From Macrostomum lignano (taxonomy: Eukaryota), in assembly GCA_002269645.1 (NCBI GenBank), contig NIVC01003892.1, forward strand, positions 1-64,000: 64,000 bases of DNA, written 5' to 3'. The notes under the pieces are model-generated. The model saw only the letters and a program-made list of their open reading frames with translations, ran no database searches and had not been told where the DNA came from. The translations under genes and the position numbers were made by a program. Every line of letters begins with the position of its first letter. The stretch's first letter is position 1. Below are positions 54,345 to 64,000 of this stretch, piece after piece.

Positions 54345-54780
54345 CATTTGAGCGAATGAGTGAGTTCATGAATGAGTTCGTGAGTGAGTTCATGATTGAG
54401 GTCATGAATGAGTTCGTGAGTGAGTTCGTGAGTGAGTTCATGATTGAGGTCATGAGTGAGTTCGTGAGTGAGTTCGTGAGTGAGTGAGTTCATGATTGAG
54501 GTCATGAGTGAGTTCGTGAGTGAGTTCATGAGTGAGTTCGTGAGTGAGTTCATGAGTGAGTTTATGATTGAGGTCATGAGTGAGTTCGTGAGTGAGTTCA
54601 TGATTGAGGTCATGAGTGAGTTCGTGAGTGAGTTCATGAGTGAGTTCGTGAGTGAGTTCATGAGTGAGTTTATGATTGAGGTCATGAGTGAGTTCGTGAG
54701 TGAGTTCGTGAGTGAGTTCGTTCGTGAGGTCATGATTGAGGCCATGAGTTCGTTCGTGAGTGAGGTCATGATTGGTGACT
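54345..54780. repeat. 12-bp-based degenerate array (GAGTGAGTTCAT/GAGTGAGTTCGT/GATTGAGGTCAT)
   Basis: Directly visible. Confidence 0.92.
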
Positions 54781-55284
54781 GAGTGAGCCAGTGAGAATCG
54801 AGTGATTGTGTATCCGATTTAAGACTATCAACCCGAGACTGAAACCGTTCGGAAGTGGGGATTAAAACAATGATGAGATCCCATGATAAGCTGATTAAGC
54901 AAAATGGGTGCGAGAAGGTGCAGACCCTGCGACTGGTTTTGAGGGAAAAAGTCTTGTAAACAACTTTTTTAAATCGGGCGGATAACCTTTACAAAAGAAC
55001 TTGTTGAGTATTCGGCCCTAGTGGCTACTTTTCTGTCGTCGGAAACTTCAAAAACTCGCCTCGAAAACATGAGAAACAAAATGATAAATAGCTTTTGTGT
55101 CGCTCAAGGCGCCGAAAAAATCTGTAAGGGAATTTGGGAGTTGCGCCGTCACGCCTGCCGAACGCACCTCGGAACTGCATCGCTACTGGCCGGTCACCGA
55201 CAGCGGTCCATGACGCTTCAAGTCTGTCGGAGAAAATTAGGGTTCTGAAAAAATGCGCAAAAACACATTTTTCTGAGGGAAACT

Positions 55285-55720
55285 GGACCCGGATCTGTAG
55301 ACAATCTAGTGACCCGGATCTATAGACAATCTAGTGACCCGGATCTATAGACAATCTAGTGACCCGGATCTATAGACAATCTAGTGACCCGGATATATAG
55401 GCAATCTAGTGACCCGGATCTATAGGCAATCTAGTGACCCGGATCTATAGACAATCTAGTGACCCGGATCTATAGGCAATCTAGTGACCCGGATCTATAG
55501 GCAGTCTAGTGACCCGGATCTATAGACAATCTAGTGACCCGGATCTATAGGCAATCTAGCTAGTGACCCGGATCTATAGGCAATCTAGTGACCATGATCT
55601 ATTGGCAATCTAGTGACCAGGATCTATAGACAATCTAGTGATTCGAATTTATAGGCAGTCTAGTGACCTGAATTATAGGCAATCTAGTGACCAGGATCTA
55701 AAGGCAATCTAGCATCTATA
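55285..55720. repeat. 25-bp minisatellite (GGATCTATAGACAATCTAGTGACCC)
   Basis: About 17 units, decaying to the right; related remnants near 56275-56330. Confidence 0.93.
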
Positions 55721-55737
55721 GGCAATCGGATTTCCCC

Positions 55738-55875
55738 TATTCCCCAAGGATCTGTCTTTTTCCTATCTTTACTACCCTATTCCTATACTTTGTATAATAA
55801 ATGACCTTTTTGAAATTAAAACATCAGAAATTCATTCTTTTGTTGATGATACCACTTTACTTGCCTCTTTTTAAT
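55738..55875 (+). mobile_element. Degenerate LINE reverse transcriptase fragment (CR1/L2-like)
   Basis: IPQGSV...INDL...SEIHSFVDDTTLL in the expected order and spacing, with frameshift and stop. Confidence 0.7.
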
Positions 55876-55936
55876 TTTGTCACCCACTATCCTTTCAATT
55901 CTTACAAAATAGCAAAATTGATGTTGTAGTCTAGGA

Positions 55937-56130
55937 GGGGTCGTAGCCTGGTGGTCAGAGCGTCGGACTCACGACTTGACTAGGTCGGGAGTTCGATTCC
56001 CGATCCCACTGGAACAATTTGTGTCCTTGAGCAAGACACTTAACTCTGCATTGCTTCAGTTCACCCAGCTTTAAACTGGGTGCCAGCATTAGCTGGGGTA
56101 ATTGAGGTTGTGTGGCGACCCCCCCTCCAG
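55937..56130 (+). mobile_element. SINE family A copy with a full tRNA-like head, 3'-truncated
   Basis: GGGGTCGTAGCCTGGTGG (A-box) ... GAGTTCGATTCC (B-box), followed by the same core as 17800-17900. Confidence 0.9.
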
Positions 56131-57499
56131 TTGCTTCCTTTCCCTAATTAACCTTAATACCTTTTAGTTTACAAAATATTTTCTTATAAGAGCAATATAA
56201 TCAATATAATTAAGGAGAGCAGGATGGTGTAAAAAGCTGGAATTTGGAAAAAGCTGGAACATCTATAGGAAAACTCGAATCTATAGGCTATCTAGGATCT
56301 ATAGGCAATATAGAGTCTCGATCTATAGTCTATCTACTTACTTGTTCTATGCTCGCGTAAGTTGTCTGATGACTACGAGCTTTATCTACAGGCACTCTGC
56401 TAACACAAATTGGTCGACTATACGTGGACATGTACTTACTCGCACTTGCACCTGCATTTTAATTGCTTACCCTCTCAAGTCCCAATGGAATCAGCAACTA
56501 TTTAGGGCCGTATAGGCGACTCGCGGTTGCATGGTTTCGTGCAATTCGTTATTTCACTCTGGTGAACATTCACCGATCCCACCGGCAGCGGGAAGTGAGG
56601 CGGGTAGGGTGTGAACAACACTATTTTTAGCCTGCGACTTGAAACTGTGAAATGGGTTCTGCTCGAGGTTCGGCTGTACTTGAAACAGCTCGAACTTGAC
56701 GCTAAGTCTCATCATTGGTAGAAAGTGGATTCAGCTGGAAAGCTCTGGTTATTAAAGGCAGATTAAAATTTGTATCGAACAATAAAATTTGAAGAGTAAT
56801 TTATCTATCTTTGCTACAATAACTGTTGTGTACCCAGAAAAAAAATTACGCTTTTAAAACGTATCGGAAAAAGTAGTTTGGAAACTGCAGACTCGTGGTC
56901 AGATATCTGGTTCAGTTAATTTTTTAGGTCAACTTTGTAGGCCTGCGCGCCTCTTAATAAATTGATAATTTTCTACACAATAACTTTTCCACGAATTCAT
57001 TTAGAATTAAAATTTCCAGGTATGCCAAGTTGCTTTTATTGAATCAACATCTTTGATGCACTACTTATGTAGTAGCAAGTTTGATTTGCGAAACACGCAC
57101 GCAGCAGTTCAACGATTTCAAATCCATTCTATTCGAATGAATCAGTTGAAATAGGAAGTATTTACAAGCGTTTAGAATTAGGATAAAAAGTGTTGAGTTT
57201 GATATATGTACATGCAACAATATATAACCACTATTCTACCTGGGCGTTCGTCAATGGAATGCACAGCATATGTTAATTTCTACAAAAAATCAACCCTTAA
57301 GCCATTTCAGCTTAGAAATAGCTTTCCGATCACTGTTATAATTTCATAATTTTTGTCAGTAAATTTAACTAGCTATTGGATAGATTAAGAAAAAACTACA
57401 ACAGGGGAAATAAAATGAAAAGTAAAACAAAATGTACATACTTCCAGAGAGAGACGGTTAGAAGGCTCTGCTTAAAGCCAATTGAAATGAGATTTTGGC

Positions 57500-57830
57500 T
57501 CCAGCCAATCGGATTTCAAGGCGTGGGGTGGGGCAGCTATTTATAAAGGGGGTTGAGGTTAGAAAACTCTGCACCCAAGGCCAATAAAGTGACTATTGAC
57601 ACCAGCCAATCCGATTTCAGGGCGTGGGCTGGACAGCCACATAACGGGGGTTCAGGTTAGAAAACTCTGCGCCCAAGGCCAATTAAAGTGACTATTGACA
57701 CCAGCCAATCCGATTTCAGGGCGTGGGGTGGGGCAGCCTTTAAAAGGGGGCGGTGGCTGATTTTATAAAACTCTGAGACCAAAGGCAATTAAAATGAAAA
57801 CTGGCTCCAATCAAATTTCAGGGCGTCGGT
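57500..57830. repeat. ~115-bp tandem repeat, 3-4 diverged units
   Basis: Recurrent CCAGCCAATCCGATTTCAGGGCGTGGG...AGAAAACTCTG...CCAAGGCCAAT. Confidence 0.8.
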
Positions 57831-57933
57831 TTATTTGGAGCTGCTATTGAGGGAAAGAAAAACTCAAAAAAGAAAGGCGATCAAAGCCTGATCAGACCAG
57901 TACAGTGTCTAAAACGTTGCAACGACAGCCAAG

Positions 57934-63050
<5,117 letters not shown>

Positions 63051-63061
63051 CTGCCAGTGTA

Positions 63062-63985
63062 AGGTGTTGTGGTGTTGGGTAGCTGGGGTGTAGGGGCTGT
63101 GGGTGTTTGGGGTGTGAGGTGTTGGGCCTGTGAGGTGTTGGGGCTGTGACGTGTTGGGGCTGTGAGGTGTTGGGGCTGTGAGGTTCTGGGGCTGTTAGGT
63201 CTTGGGGCTGTGGGGTGTTGGATTTGTGGGGTGTTGGGGCTGTGGAGTGTTGGGGTTGTGGCTGTGAGGTGCTGGGGCTGTTAGGTGTTGGGCTGTGGGG
63301 TGTTGGATTTGTGGGTATTGGGCTGTGTGGTATTAGGGCTGTAAGGTGTTAAGGCTGTGGGGTGTTGGGGCTGTGGGGCTGTGGGGTGTTGGGGCTGTGG
63401 GGCTGTGGGGTGTTGGGGCTGTGGGTGTTGGGGCTGTGGGGTGTTGGGGCTATGAGTTGGTGGGGCTGTGGAGTGTTAGAGCAGTGGGGTGTTAGGGCAG
63501 TGGGGTGTTGGGGCTGTGGGGTGTTGGGGCTGTGGGCTGTGGGGTGTTGGGGCTGTGGGGTGTTGGGGCTGTGGGCTGTGGGGTGTTAGGGCTGTGGGTG
63601 TTGGGGCTGTGGGGTGTTGGGGCTGTGGGGCTGTGGGGGGTGTTGGGCTGTGGGGCTGTGGGGTGTTAGGGCTGTGGGGTGTTAGGACTGTGGGGGTGTT
63701 GGGGCTGTGGAGTGTTCGGGATGTGGGGCTGTGGGGGTGTTGGGGCTGTGGGGTGTTAGGGCTGTGGGGTGTTAGGACTGTGGGGTGTTGGGGCTGTGGA
63801 GTGTTGGGGATGTGGGCTGTGGCGTGTTGGGCTGTGGGGCTGTGGGGCTGTGGGGTGTTAGGGCTGTGGGTGTTGGGGATGTGGGGCTGTGGTGTGTTGG
63901 GGCTGTGGGGCTGTGGGGTGTTTGGGCTGTGGGGTGTTTGGGCTGTGGGGTGTTGGGGCTGTGGGTGCTGGGCTGTGGGGCGTCT
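63062..63985. repeat. G-rich degenerate repeat (GGGGCTGTGGGGTGTT)
   Basis: Directly visible; dense GGG/GGGG tracts. Confidence 0.95.
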
Positions 63986-64000
63986 GGGTTTGGAGCAATA

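Overview
Eukaryotic (metazoan) genomic DNA with GT-AG introns, GC-rich exons and extremely dense micro- and minisatellites. The style suggests a free-living flatworm such as Macrostomum, but that is inference only. Most long ORFs in the supplied track are artefacts of tandem repeats. Manual splice-aware reading supports these genes: a small minus-strand single-TM orphan with polyQ (~758-2604); a complete 9-exon secreted CUB-LDLa-trypsin-like serine protease (+, 11222-16240); the terminal exon of a WSC-domain gene (-, 17367-17655); a 2-exon LITAF-domain gene (+, 25744-28533); a 3-exon acidic/basic orphan (-, 29767-32510); a 4-exon AT-hook/NLS Cys-rich nuclear protein ending in a segment resembling a P-element transposase N-terminal motif (+, 36286-40884); a 3-exon tyramine/octopamine-like aminergic GPCR (+, 50525-53072); and scattered exons of a probable minus-strand gene with a Suppressor-APC-like motif (57934-63050). 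Mobile elements are two tRNA-derived SINE families, a 1.35-kb non-autonomous LTR element with identical 150-bp LTRs, an 8-bp-TSD hAT-type MITE, a 9-bp-TSD foldback element, a MITE nested in a SINE, and degenerate R1/Loa-like and CR1/L2-like LINE fragments. The most notable observation is that one 49-bp minisatellite occurs in opposite orientations in introns 1 and 8 of the protease gene. It brackets exons 2-8, which would form a stop-free, frame-closed 1161-nt circle if back-spliced.
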